Origin: Spirochaetia bacterium
Lineage (GTDB): Bacteria > Spirochaetota > Spirochaetia > B11-G9
Direction: 5' to 3'
DNA: 56,128 bases
Assembly: GCA_027859095.1 (NCBI GenBank)
Contig: JAQIBN010000085.1
Span: forward strand, 1-56,128
Under the pieces are notes generated by a model. That model saw only the letters and a program-made list of their open reading frames with translations. It was not told the origin of the DNA and searched no databases. The position numbers and the translations under genes are program-made. This document shows, piece by piece, positions 46,316 through 55,085 of this stretch (the stretch's first letter is position 1; every line of letters starts with the position of its first letter).

Positions 46316-47402
46316 ATCCTGACTCCTGTTTCCGTATGAAAATTCATAATTGCATCTACAGGTATTTTTACAAAAACAGAAGTACCATTGGGCATCAAGG
46401 CTTCACTCTGAGGCTTATGCCGTTCAACAACCAGGGTCTGTTTATCTCCGCATTTAATGGTGTATCTTATCAGGGAACCTATGAATGAACTTTTTTCAAC
46501 TATGCCAGGGAGACTGGAAAAATCATCGTTGTTAATTTCTTCTTTAACAATACTTACATCTTCAGGTCTGACTGCCATACGGGTTCTCTTAACATCAGAA
46601 ACGGCCAGGACTGCAGCTCTGATCTTGATATTATTTATCAATATTACAGTAGAATTATTTTCTGATTTTATTACATCTCCTTCAAGAAAATTCATATCTC
46701 CTACAAAAGAGGCAACAAAGGCGTTAACCGGGTTCTTATAAATTTCCCATGGGGTACCCACCTGCTGAATTCCCCCTTCATTCATTACAGCGATATTATC
46801 AGAAATTGCCAGAGCCTCTTCCTGATCATGAGTAACATATATTGTTGTAATTCCCAGAAGTTTCTGCATATTACGAATTTCATCTCTCATATCTACACGC
46901 AGCTTAGCATCCAGATTGGACAGAGGTTCATCCATCAACAGAACCTTGGGCTCTATAACCATGGCTCTTGCAAGTCCTACCCTCTGCTGCTGCCCTCCGC
47001 TTAACTGGTCAGGAGTACGTGTTTCATAACCTGTTAAGTGGACCTGTGCCAATGCACTTGCAACTTTCTTCTTTATTTCCGAGGCATCAACTTTCCTGGT
47101 TTTAAGCCCGAATGCAACATTCTCATAAACAGTCATATGAGGAAACACAGCATAACTTTGAAAAACCATCCCAGTGTCTCTTTTATAAGCAGGAATATCA
47201 TCAATCAGCTGATCATCTATGCGAATATGACCATTATCCTGTTTATAAAACCCGGCTATGGTTCGTAACAAAGTAGTCTTTCCACAACCCGAAGGACCAA
47301 GGAGAGTAAAAAAGTTCCAGTTTCTATTTTCTGATTGATATTTTTTAATGCTTTAACACCTGGAAAGCTCTTACTGATCCCTTCCAACAAAATTGAAGCC
47401 AT
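46312..47402 (-). pseudogene. ABC ATPase (FbpC/PotA-like) with a 1-nt frameshift before Walker A
   Basis: ATG 47402 frame (MASILLEGISKSFPGVKAL..ETG) is out of frame with FTLLGPSGCGKTT; span 1091 nt is not divisible by 3; lesion near the T6 run at 47308-47313. Confidence 0.75.
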
Positions 47403-47428
47403 GTACTCCTCCGTTCTTTACAAATTCA

Positions 47429-47458
47429 AAATACGATCCCCTTACAGGGATCGTATTT
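47429..47458. terminator. Intercistronic hairpin after the binding-protein gene
   Basis: AAATACGATCCC-6nt-GGGATCGTATTT. Confidence 0.55.
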
Positions 47459-47467
47459 CAATACAGA

Positions 47468-48409
47468 TTAAAGGCCCAGATCCTGAACCATTTCTGTCCA
47501 TTTTTTTACAAATTCTGTTTTACTGCCTGCTGACCAGGCAAAATCATAGGGAACAGTTTTAATTTTACTCATTGGTGGAAGATCCGGAGATATGGGAACA
47601 TCGGATCGAATTGGTCTTCTGCCCATCTCTTCTACAAGAAAGCTCTGGGTTTCCAGGGAAAGAGCCCAATCGATGAATTTCTTTGCTGCTGCTGCATTAG
47701 GACCGTTCTTCACCAATGCTATTCCATCCGGAGCAGCAGTTGTTCCATCTTCTGGATAAACAATCTTTACTGGGCCTCCGCCTGCAACATAAAGATAGGC
47801 ATTATCTTCCAGAGTAAGACCGACAGCTGCTTCACCATCGTTAACAAATCTGGAGACAGCTGAAGAACTTCCTGATAGTACAAAGTTTCCAAGAATTCCT
47901 TTATAAGTATCCCAGCCCTTATCCTTATAAATATTAAGTACAGTCGCAAGCTGCATATAAGATGAACCGGACTTGTCGGCTCTGGCAGATGATATCCAGC
48001 CTTTTAGTCTCGGATCACTCAGATCTGTCCATTTTCGGGGCATTTCAGAAGCTGAAACCATGTCAGTGTTTACAATAAAAACCATGACTATACCTGTATA
48101 AGGAAGCCAGTTGGTCCCTACTTTGAATACATCATCCACCTTGTCCCAGTCTGCAGGTGTATAATTTGCAAGAAGATCAGAGTTTGCTTCAAGCTGTTCA
48201 CCACCGATACTCCAGATAACATCCGCCTGAGGATTTTCCTTTTCTGCTTTTACTCTTGCTACTATATCTCCCGAACCGAGCTTCACCACCTCCGCATTAA
48301 TTCCTGTAGCGGCTTCAAAACGTGGAACAAGAGCATCGATAATCTCCTGATTATGTGCTGAGTATAATACCACTGTCTGTTCTCCAGCAGCTGATTCGGC
48401 CTTTCCTGG
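47468..48409 (-). pseudogene. FbpA/AfuA-type ABC substrate-binding protein lacking start codon and signal peptide
   Basis: VVLYS, GSG....RV.AEK.NP.ADV, SGS.Y, YP.DGT; SD AGGAGG (48413-48418) is followed directly by mature-like 'GKAESAAGEQ' with no start codon until GTG 48373. Confidence 0.65.
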
Positions 48410-48656
48410 GAACCTCCTGAAAATATTTTTTTACCGTTCAATAATAAACGGTATATGAACCGATTTTGAACAAAAAAGATAACTTCACACCAGTTTGACA
48501 AATAAACTATCCCATCAGTATCATCCGATGCTGAGTCGTAAAAAGTTGTAATATAATATTATAACAGGTCACCTGCACGGTCAATCATTTAATTAATATT
48601 GTTTGGGACTAAGTAGTTTTCGATTGACATTGAATATATAAAATACAAATTCATCA

Positions 48657-49721
48657 TTGACAATATTTAGAGCTTACTGCTATATAGAATTAGTGAGTAA
48701 AATAAAGATAGTCAATAATACAAACCAGGCATTTCAAAAAACACTTATACAGGAAAACAGATCTGCTTCTTTTATTTCTGCAGTTCTCACAGCAATTATC
48801 ATGTTTATAAGCAGATACAAAGGGCCGGAGGGCATACTTCTCCTGGACAGGTTTCTTCCTGGTCTGGGGTGGCTGCAAATTATAATTATAGCAGTATATG
48901 CAGGGTTCATTACACAATTTTTATTAAAACAAAAAAACATTGCAAAAATACGAATAAGAATTTGGACCCTATTTTCGATAGTATTTTTCTCCCAGTTTAT
49001 AGCTGGTATTCTAATATCTGATACCTTCCTCATGACAGGGAAACTTCATATTCCTATTCCTGCAGTAATCCTTGCCGGGCCAATATACAGAGGATCAGGA
49101 TTCTTTATGCCTATACTTTTCCTGGCAACAATACTATTAACCGGTCCTGCATGGTGCAGTTATCTATGCTATTTTGGAGCTATAGATGGTGTGGCCGCTT
49201 CCAGAAAAAAACAGCCTTCTTTTCCTAAAGAGGGCTGGAAAACTCTTCGATTTTTTACAACTATACTAGTAATTGTTACAGCAATTATATTTAGAATATT
49301 TGATACATCTCCAAATTTTGCAATTGTCGGAGCTCTTATTTTTGGAGCACTAGGTATAATTGCAACAATTATAATTTCCCGTTCAAGAGGAATAATGGCT
49401 CACTGCTCATACTACTGTCCTATTGGATTAATTAGTAATTTATTAGGTAAAATATCACCTTTCCGAATAAAAATTAACAACAGTTGTAACAACTGTATGG
49501 CCTGTATTCCAGCATGCAGATACAATGCTCTTTCACCAAAAAATATAGCATCCGGCAGCCCTGGATTTAGCTGCACCCTGTGTGGAGACTGCATTGACAC
49601 CTGCAGCAGCCAATCCATTAATTATAGTTTTTTTAATCTGTCATCAAAAAAATCCAGAGTTCCGTTTACGGTAGTAATTGCAGTTGTACACTCTGTATTT
49701 ATAGGAATTGCAAGAATCTAA
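48657..49721 (+). CDS. Membrane 4Fe-4S binding protein (NapH/YccM-like; start uncertain)
   Basis: WCSYLCYFG, HCSYYCPIG, CNNCMACIPAC, CTLCGDCIDTC; multiple TM helices. Confidence 0.8.
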   Translation: MTIFRAYCYIELVSKIKIVNNTNQAFQKTLIQENRSASFISAVLTAIIMFISRYKGPEGILLLDRFLPGLGWLQIIIIAVYAGFITQFLLKQKNIAKIRIRIWTLFSIVFFSQFIAGILISDTFLMTGKLHIPIPAVILAGPIYRGSGFFMPILFLATILLTGPAWCSYLCYFGAIDGVAASRKKQPSFPKEGWKTLRFFTTILVIVTAIIFRIFDTSPNFAIVGALIFGALGIIATIIISRSRGIMAHCSYYCPIGLISNLLGKISPFRIKINNSCNNCMACIPACRYNALSPKNIASGSPGFSCTLCGDCIDTCSSQSINYSFFNLSSKKSRVPFTVVIAVVHSVFIGIARI

Positions 49722-49724
49722 TAT

Positions 49725-50417
49725 CTATTTAACACCCCATGTAAAGGGGGTCCAAAGGTGAGTATTTATTCCTGCCTGATTTAATCCTTTTGATGTCCAG
49801 TTATTACATGTATTAAAAAGACTGTAGGAACCATTTGCTTCAAAAAAAATACTACCTTGAAAAGCCTGATCAATTTCTTCAAATAATATTTGCTCGGGCA
49901 TCTTTTCAGATTCCATAATTGCAGCTTTTATATACTGATAAAGATTTTTCAGTTCATCATTAGTCACCACCAAGGAAGTAACTCCAGGAAGTTCAGGTGA
50001 TATAGTATGAAGATACAAAACCTCCAGAACTGATGAAGAAGGGATAAAAAGTGCTTTAACAGCCATAGACCAGTCAATATTAAGGACTGTTGGAGTTCCA
50101 AGATAAAACTGCCGGTCTCCCCAGCCAAAATAGAAATATCCTCCCTTACCGGTTAGATTCAGAGGGGTATCAAAAGTCTCGGGATAAGGACAACTGTCTC
50201 TGGGAAGAACCAAAGCAATATGATAACCATTATTTACCAGATAAATAAATTTTCCCTCAGAAGGAGTTCTTCGACCCTGATTTACTGGAATTACAGCACC
50301 AAGTAAAGTCATTAAACCATAAATTAAAGCAATACCAAGAAACAATAGGATAGATAAAATGAATATCCGACCCAGTATTACAATATGATTTAATTTCAAT
50401 TTTTTTATTATATTCAT
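49725..50417 (-). CDS. DUF2459-like protein
   Basis: NGYH..LVLP, FGWGDR.FY, YSLFNTCNNWT. Confidence 0.65.
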   Translation of the reverse strand: MNIIKKLKLNHIVILGRIFILSILLFLGIALIYGLMTLLGAVIPVNQGRRTPSEGKFIYLVNNGYHIALVLPRDSCPYPETFDTPLNLTGKGGYFYFGWGDRQFYLGTPTVLNIDWSMAVKALFIPSSSVLEVLYLHTISPELPGVTSLVVTNDELKNLYQYIKAAIMESEKMPEQILFEEIDQAFQGSIFFEANGSYSLFNTCNNWTSKGLNQAGINTHLWTPFTWGVK

Positions 50418-50529
50418 TTAATTTTAAAATCCTGAAAATTATTTTTATTGACAGTAATAATAACATATCCTAACTTAAAAGAGTGTAATACTACATTTAA
50501 TAAAAATTTAGACAAGGAGTACATTATAT

Positions 50530-50807
50530 ATGAAAATTCAAGTACAAATATCTATCGATGATACAAAAGAGAACGTATGGAAGGTAATTACGGATATTAA
50601 TGGGTCTGTAAACAACATTAAAGGTATTGAAAAAATAGAAATATTGGAAAAAATGGAAAATCTACAGATCTTATTATGAGTTTTGATGCAGAACTGGTTA
50701 CTTTTATGGCAAAGATAATGTCTATTATGGGATTTTTGTTTATTAGTGCAACTAAAAAAGCTCTTAATGAAGATTTAAAAGATATAAAAATCGCAGTCGA
50801 AGGGTAA
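50530..50807 (+). pseudogene. SRPBCC/polyketide-cyclase family gene remnant
   Basis: SD AAGGAG, ATG, then frameshift into 'IQVQISIDDTKENVWKVITDI...IKGIEKIEILEK'; central part missing; C-terminal helix 'ATKKALNEDLKDIKIAVEG*' in another frame. Confidence 0.6.
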
Positions 50808-50880
50808 TAATAATCTTTCAAAAGTAGTTTTTCTCCTGTCATTACATATCCGAAAAACAAGAGAATCACACGCCACGATT

Positions 50881-51105
50881 TTATTTCTTAGCAATTTTTA
50901 TCAGATAATTGTCACCCGATTCTTCGATACTGATAATTTTATGCCCTTCTTCCTGGGCACTCTTAGGCACATTCTCCAGGGGTTCTCCACCTGAAAGTGT
51001 AACTTCCAATACATCTCCACTGCTTATCTTTGCCAGAGCAAGCTTTGCCTTTACAAATGTCATAGGACAATGATCTTTTGTTATATCTAATGTTTCTACA
51101 GTCAT
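50881..51105 (-). CDS. tusA: TusA/SirA-family sulfurtransferase
   Basis: LDIT...CPMTFVK.KL.L, G..LEV; 74 aa. Confidence 0.85.
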   Translation of the reverse strand: MTVETLDITKDHCPMTFVKAKLALAKISSGDVLEVTLSGGEPLENVPKSAQEEGHKIISIEESGDNYLIKIAKK

Positions 51106-51132
51106 TTTTTTCCTCCGCCTACGCTGATATTG

Positions 51133-51612
51133 TTAGATAAAAAGCGTTTCACCACCTTCTGAATACTTTAAAAAAGAAGGGACCCCTATAACTTCTTTTA
51201 CAGCAGGATCAAGATCCTCTCTTTTCATTCCAAAAATATTCATGGACATTTCACATGCAAACAAATTCACACCAAGGTCCTTTGCTGCCTGGTAAAGCTC
51301 CTCCAAAGTTGCCACATTCTGTTTTTTCATCATACCAGTCATAAGTTTTGGAGATACACCTGCAAAATTCAAACGACTAAGAGGGGCACTTTTTCTTCCT
51401 CCCATTAATAGATTAAAAACCTTTGCAAGGAATCCTGTTCCCACAGGAGTATGTCCACCCTTCTTTTTAATAATGTTAAAGCCCCAGAAAGTAAAAAAAA
51501 GATTCACTTCCCAGTTTACAGCTGCTGCTCCTGTTGCCATAGTCAGTGCTGCTACTGCTTTATCGAATTCTCCACTAAAACATATTATTGAAAGCTTTTT
51601 ATTATTATCCAT
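51133..51612 (-). CDS. DsrE/DsrF/DrsH-like (DsrE2) sulfur relay protein
   Basis: FSGEFDK, LFFTFWG, LSRLNFAG, ACEMSM. Confidence 0.85.
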   Translation of the reverse strand: MDNNKKLSIICFSGEFDKAVAALTMATGAAAVNWEVNLFFTFWGFNIIKKKGGHTPVGTGFLAKVFNLLMGGRKSAPLSRLNFAGVSPKLMTGMMKKQNVATLEELYQAAKDLGVNLFACEMSMNIFGMKREDLDPAVKEVIGVPSFLKYSEGGETLFI

Positions 51613-51634
51613 ATTCTTTCTCCTTAGGTTGTAT

Positions 51635-52030
51635 TTAAACTATTTCAATCTCTTCCAGAGTCACACTCAAATTCTTAATCCTGAAGGATTTTACAACCGG
51701 TTTGCTCTCTGCAAGGGACACAATTATGTAACTCACATTGGGATCATAGGCTAGCCGAATATCCTCCTCAGATGGCCGGGAAGGTGTTTCAGGATGACTG
51801 TGATATACAACTGATGCCCTATGGCCATCTTTACGAATTTTTTTTACCACCTCAAACTGCTCTGCAGGATCAAAGGTAAAATGTTCATTTGATTCATCTG
51901 TATTCTGCATTTTGCAAATAAGTGAAACAATACCGTCCTTTTCACCCAGATAACCACATACCTCAAGAGGAAACCCATCTTTTGCATGGGTTATCATGTC
52001 GTCGTACACATCCTTTTTCATCTTCAGCAT
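51635..52030 (-). CDS. JAB/MPN+ (Mec+/HcyD-like) metallopeptidase
   Basis: P.EVCG, YHSHP....PS.ED JAMM motif; likely ATG 52030 after GGAGAAG. Confidence 0.85.
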   Translation of the reverse strand: MLKMKKDVYDDMITHAKDGFPLEVCGYLGEKDGIVSLICKMQNTDESNEHFTFDPAEQFEVVKKIRKDGHRASVVYHSHPETPSRPSEEDIRLAYDPNVSYIIVSLAESKPVVKSFRIKNLSVTLEEIEIV

Positions 52031-52098
52031 ATCAATCTTCTCCATTCCAGGGAAACATAATGTATTACATCTTCGTACAGGCTGAACATATTCAGCCC

Positions 52099-52905
52099 TT
52101 ACTTCAGATCACAGACCGCCTGTTCGGCATCCACAAGTTCTGTAATTGTCGGATTATGACCACATATGGGGCAATTCTCATTTTTATTGACAGTTATTGT
52201 TCTAAACTGCATATCAAGAGCATTGAAGGTCAGGAGTTTATTATTAAGAAGTTCTCCTGCACCAGTTAGAAACTTTAAAGCTTCTGCAGCCTGGATAGTA
52301 CCAAGCATTCCTGCTATTGCTCCCAGCACACCTGCTTCAGAGCAGGTGGGAACCAGGTTCGGAGGCGGTGGCTTGTCGAACAGACAACGTAAGCAGGCAC
52401 TCTCATTAGGGTTGATTGTAAATGTCTGACCATCAAAACGTAGAATACCACCGTGGCTGAAAGGTATATTACCCAAAATACAAGCATCATTAATAAGGAA
52501 TTTTGCAGCAAAATTATCAGTTCCGTCAATTACAAAATCATATTTTCCGATGATCTCCTTTATGTTTGAAGCAAAAAGATATTTGTTATAAGGGATAACA
52601 TTGACATCGGGATTAATAGCACGCATTTTCTCCGCAGCAGAATCTGCTTTCCACACACCTACATCCTTTGTAAAATGAGCTATCTGCCTTTGAAGATTTG
52701 AAATATCAACCCTGTCTCCATCAACTATACCAATGGTTCCAACTCCTGCGGCAGCGAGATATAGCGCTGCTGGAGAACCAAGACCACCAGCACCTATAAT
52801 AAGAACCTTTCCGTCAAGAAGCCTCTCCTGACCTTCCACACCCACATCGTTCAGCAGAATATGCCGGGAATAACGTTCCAGCTGTTCTTCTGTATAATCT
52901 CTCAC
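52099..52905 (-). CDS. MoeB/ThiF/HcyF-family adenylyltransferase
   Basis: RYSRHI, GAGGLG, SNLQRQ, DGTDNF, CLRC, CSEAG, CPIC. Confidence 0.9.
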   Translation of the reverse strand: MRDYTEEQLERYSRHILLNDVGVEGQERLLDGKVLIIGAGGLGSPAALYLAAAGVGTIGIVDGDRVDISNLQRQIAHFTKDVGVWKADSAAEKMRAINPDVNVIPYNKYLFASNIKEIIGKYDFVIDGTDNFAAKFLINDACILGNIPFSHGGILRFDGQTFTINPNESACLRCLFDKPPPPNLVPTCSEAGVLGAIAGMLGTIQAAEALKFLTGAGELLNNKLLTFNALDMQFRTITVNKNENCPICGHNPTITELVDAEQAVCDLK

Positions 52906-54134
52906 AATTCCTCCAGGGCCTGTTCTATATCTCTTAGCAAATCTTTGTAATTTTCAATACCGACAGACAGCCTTATCAGAGTTTCTCTAACACCCATCTC
53001 TTCACATTCCTCCAGGGAATATTCACTGAATATTGTAGATGCAGGATGGATGATAAGTGACTTATTATCATTCAGATTCGTTGCTCTTCTTATCAGCTTC
53101 AATGAATCCATAAAACGATACGCTGTCTCTTTATCTCTAAGATCAAATGTAAGAATCCCTCCGAACTTATCTCCGAACTGCTCTGCTGATATTGTATGAA
53201 ATTCATTACTTTTTAATCCGGGATAATCGACCCTTTTTACTTTATTATTTTTATTCAACCATTCACTGATAGCCATTGCATTTTCACAGGACCTGTCTAT
53301 CCTTAAACTCAGTGTTTCGAGTCCAAGAATCTGCAGCCATGCATTATGGGGAGAAAGACAAGCCCCGACGTTTCTATAAACTTCTCTTCGGAGCTTAACC
53401 ATGAGAGCAAGAGGGCCATAGGCTTTCGACCATTTTTCCATACCTGGTATTTTCTTCCAATCGTAGTTTCCATAATCCAGTATCAGACCACCCGTTGATG
53501 TAGCCCCTCCGGATATATACTTGGTACTGCTAATTACCTCTAAAGCTACTCCCGCATCCTTTGCATTGAAGATATAAGGTGTAGTGAGTGTTCCATCCAG
53601 AATTACAGGTACATTGTATTTATTGCCAATATCTACAAGCTTTCTGATATTGGCAACTTCCATCTGAGGATTGCTGATTATCTCCAGGAAAATGAATCGG
53701 GTATTTTTATCAATACGGGATTCAACAGCTTCCATATCTGTAATATCCACAAACCGGCTTTCAAATCCCCAGGGGCCAAGAGTTTCTTTAAACAGGGAAA
53801 CACTGTTACCAAACAGCGTTTTTGCAATTACCCCGTTTGTGCCTGCTCCGGCAAGAGCCAACACAGTATTGCTGATAGCCGCCATTCCAGACGAAAGAGC
53901 AAGTACGCCAATACTTCCACTAAGATCTTTAATTCTATTTTCAAACTCCGATACAGTTGGGTTTGATACCCTGCTATAGGCAAATGCACTCTTACGCCCC
54001 TCAAAGGCAAGTTGTATATCTTTACTGCTCTCAAATTCAAAGGCTACACTATCATAAAGCGGTGGACGAAGTGCTTTGTATCCAGCTTCCATTGCTCCTG
54101 TTGGATTACTTGCTCTGGTACTAAAATCATGCAT
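52902..54134 (-). CDS. O-acetylhomoserine sulfhydrylase family PLP enzyme (MetY/MetZ-like)
   Basis: YSRVSNPTV, SSGMAAI, SSTKYISG, TNLND.KSLIIHPAST, RLSVGIE; ATG 54134 directly after the carrier gene. Confidence 0.85.
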   Translation of the reverse strand: MHDFSTRASNPTGAMEAGYKALRPPLYDSVAFEFESSKDIQLAFEGRKSAFAYSRVSNPTVSEFENRIKDLSGSIGVLALSSGMAAISNTVLALAGAGTNGVIAKTLFGNSVSLFKETLGPWGFESRFVDITDMEAVESRIDKNTRFIFLEIISNPQMEVANIRKLVDIGNKYNVPVILDGTLTTPYIFNAKDAGVALEVISSTKYISGGATSTGGLILDYGNYDWKKIPGMEKWSKAYGPLALMVKLRREVYRNVGACLSPHNAWLQILGLETLSLRIDRSCENAMAISEWLNKNNKVKRVDYPGLKSNEFHTISAEQFGDKFGGILTFDLRDKETAYRFMDSLKLIRRATNLNDNKSLIIHPASTIFSEYSLEECEEMGVRETLIRLSVGIENYKDLLRDIEQALEEL

Positions 54135-54135
54135 T

Positions 54136-54345
54136 TTATCTCCCTCCACCCATAAAATAAAGAAAATCCAGCTCATCTCCACTCTTAATGGTAGTTTCAG
54201 AGAATTTAGCTCTTTCCACAAATTCCCCATTTAACTGAACAGATACCATATCAGGGGATTTAACATTCTCGGAGGAGAGGAGCTGCACTACTGTCAATTT
54301 GCTTTCTACCAGAACTTTCACTTCACCATTAATTGTTAATTCCAT
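54136..54345 (-). CDS. ThiS/HcyS-type sulfur carrier with capped C-terminus
   Basis: MELTINGE...VSVQLNGEFV...LDFLYFMGGGR; SD AGGAG; the Gly run is followed by Arg. Confidence 0.85.
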   Translation of the reverse strand: MELTINGEVKVLVESKLTVVQLLSSENVKSPDMVSVQLNGEFVERAKFSETTIKSGDELDFLYFMGGGR

Positions 54346-54505
54346 ATAGAATTCTCCTATTACAGCTTTTTGCGCTGTGTCACATTTTGGATTAAATAAG
54401 CACCTCTTCTCTAATAGAGGGCTACAACCTGGCGCAAAATAGCCAGGCAATCGTAAAAATAAACTACATCACTAAAGCCTGTATTATCTTTATTAAGACA
54501 CCTCT

Positions 54506-54538
54506 ATCCTAATAATGTTTATAAACTTTGTCAACTTT
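54506..54538 (-). promoter_or_regulatory. Sigma70 promoter of the sulfur cluster overlapped by an Rrf2-type site
   Basis: TTGACA-N17-TAGGAT; site AAAGTTGACAAAGTTTATAAACATT (54514-54538). Confidence 0.6.
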
Positions 54539-54572
54539 ATTTTAAAATTATCTTGAATTATCTTCAAACAGC

Positions 54573-54621
54573 TTGACATCTCCTTCATCAAAACTTATAG
54601 TTGACTATGTTGATAAACTAT
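54573..54621 (+). promoter_or_regulatory. Sigma70 promoter of rrf2-cysK overlapped by an IscR type-1-like operator
   Basis: TTGACA-N17-TATAGT; ATAGTTGACTATGTTGATAAACTAT (54597-54621), 19/25 identical to the divergent site. Confidence 0.65.
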
Positions 54622-54641
54622 AAATAATACGGAGAAAGATC

Positions 54642-55076
54642 TTGAAGATTTCAACAAAAAGTAGATATGGGACCAGGGCCGTCCTAGAGATTGCACTCAA
54701 TCTGAATAAAAAAAATCTGACCAGAAAACAGATTAGCAAGAATCAGGAAATACCATCTGCTTATCTTGAGAATATCCTTATTAGTCTTAAAACCAAGGGT
54801 ATTATAAGAACAATAAGGGGTCCAAAGGGCGGTTACGAACTGGCAAAGGATCCTGGAGATATTACAGTTTTTCAAATTGTTGATATCCTGGAAGGAAGCA
54901 CTGATTTAGTTCCCTGCCTGGAAAATAGTAATGTATGTGCAAGAAACAGCATCTGTGTTACAAGAGGAGTATGGAGTAAACTTCAGAAAGTGCAGGAAGA
55001 TTTATTAAACACTATTACAATTAAGGACCTGGTTGAGGAAACAAAAGAACTCTACAGTTCTAATTTTTCAATATAA
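54642..55076 (+). CDS. Rrf2-family regulator (CymR/IscR-like)
   Basis: MKISTKSRYG.RA, YLENIL..L, RGPKGGY.LA; three Cys; TTG start. Confidence 0.9.
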   Translation: MKISTKSRYGTRAVLEIALNLNKKNLTRKQISKNQEIPSAYLENILISLKTKGIIRTIRGPKGGYELAKDPGDITVFQIVDILEGSTDLVPCLENSNVCARNSICVTRGVWSKLQKVQEDLLNTITIKDLVEETKELYSSNFSI

Positions 55077-55085
55077 GGAGCATTC

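Noticed and set aside
48283-48501. 72-aa ORF as the frameshifted signal peptide of the binding protein
   Set aside because: Although it contains 'FSGGSQE', the upstream residues lack a hydrophobic core and the DNA looks like promoter/operator sequence; a deletion explains the locus better.
50618-50869. 83-aa minus-strand ORF
   Set aside because: Antisense shadow of the SRPBCC pseudogene.
13769-52905. CBASS/Pycsar-like defence system from E1 (ThiF), JAB and cyclase genes
   Set aside because: No CD-NTase, E2 or effector. The JAB/E1 genes sit in a sulfur-metabolism operon 37 kb from the cyclase, and the cyclase has its own promoter.
54346-54450. Cys-containing N-terminal extension or leader peptide of the sulfur carrier, as in the ORF track
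   Set aside because: A good SD precedes ATG 54345, which gives a normal-length carrier; the upstream TTG has no SD.
54440-54510. Lysine or SAM-I riboswitch (AGAGGTG near the 5' end)
   Set aside because: The remaining conserved elements could not be found.
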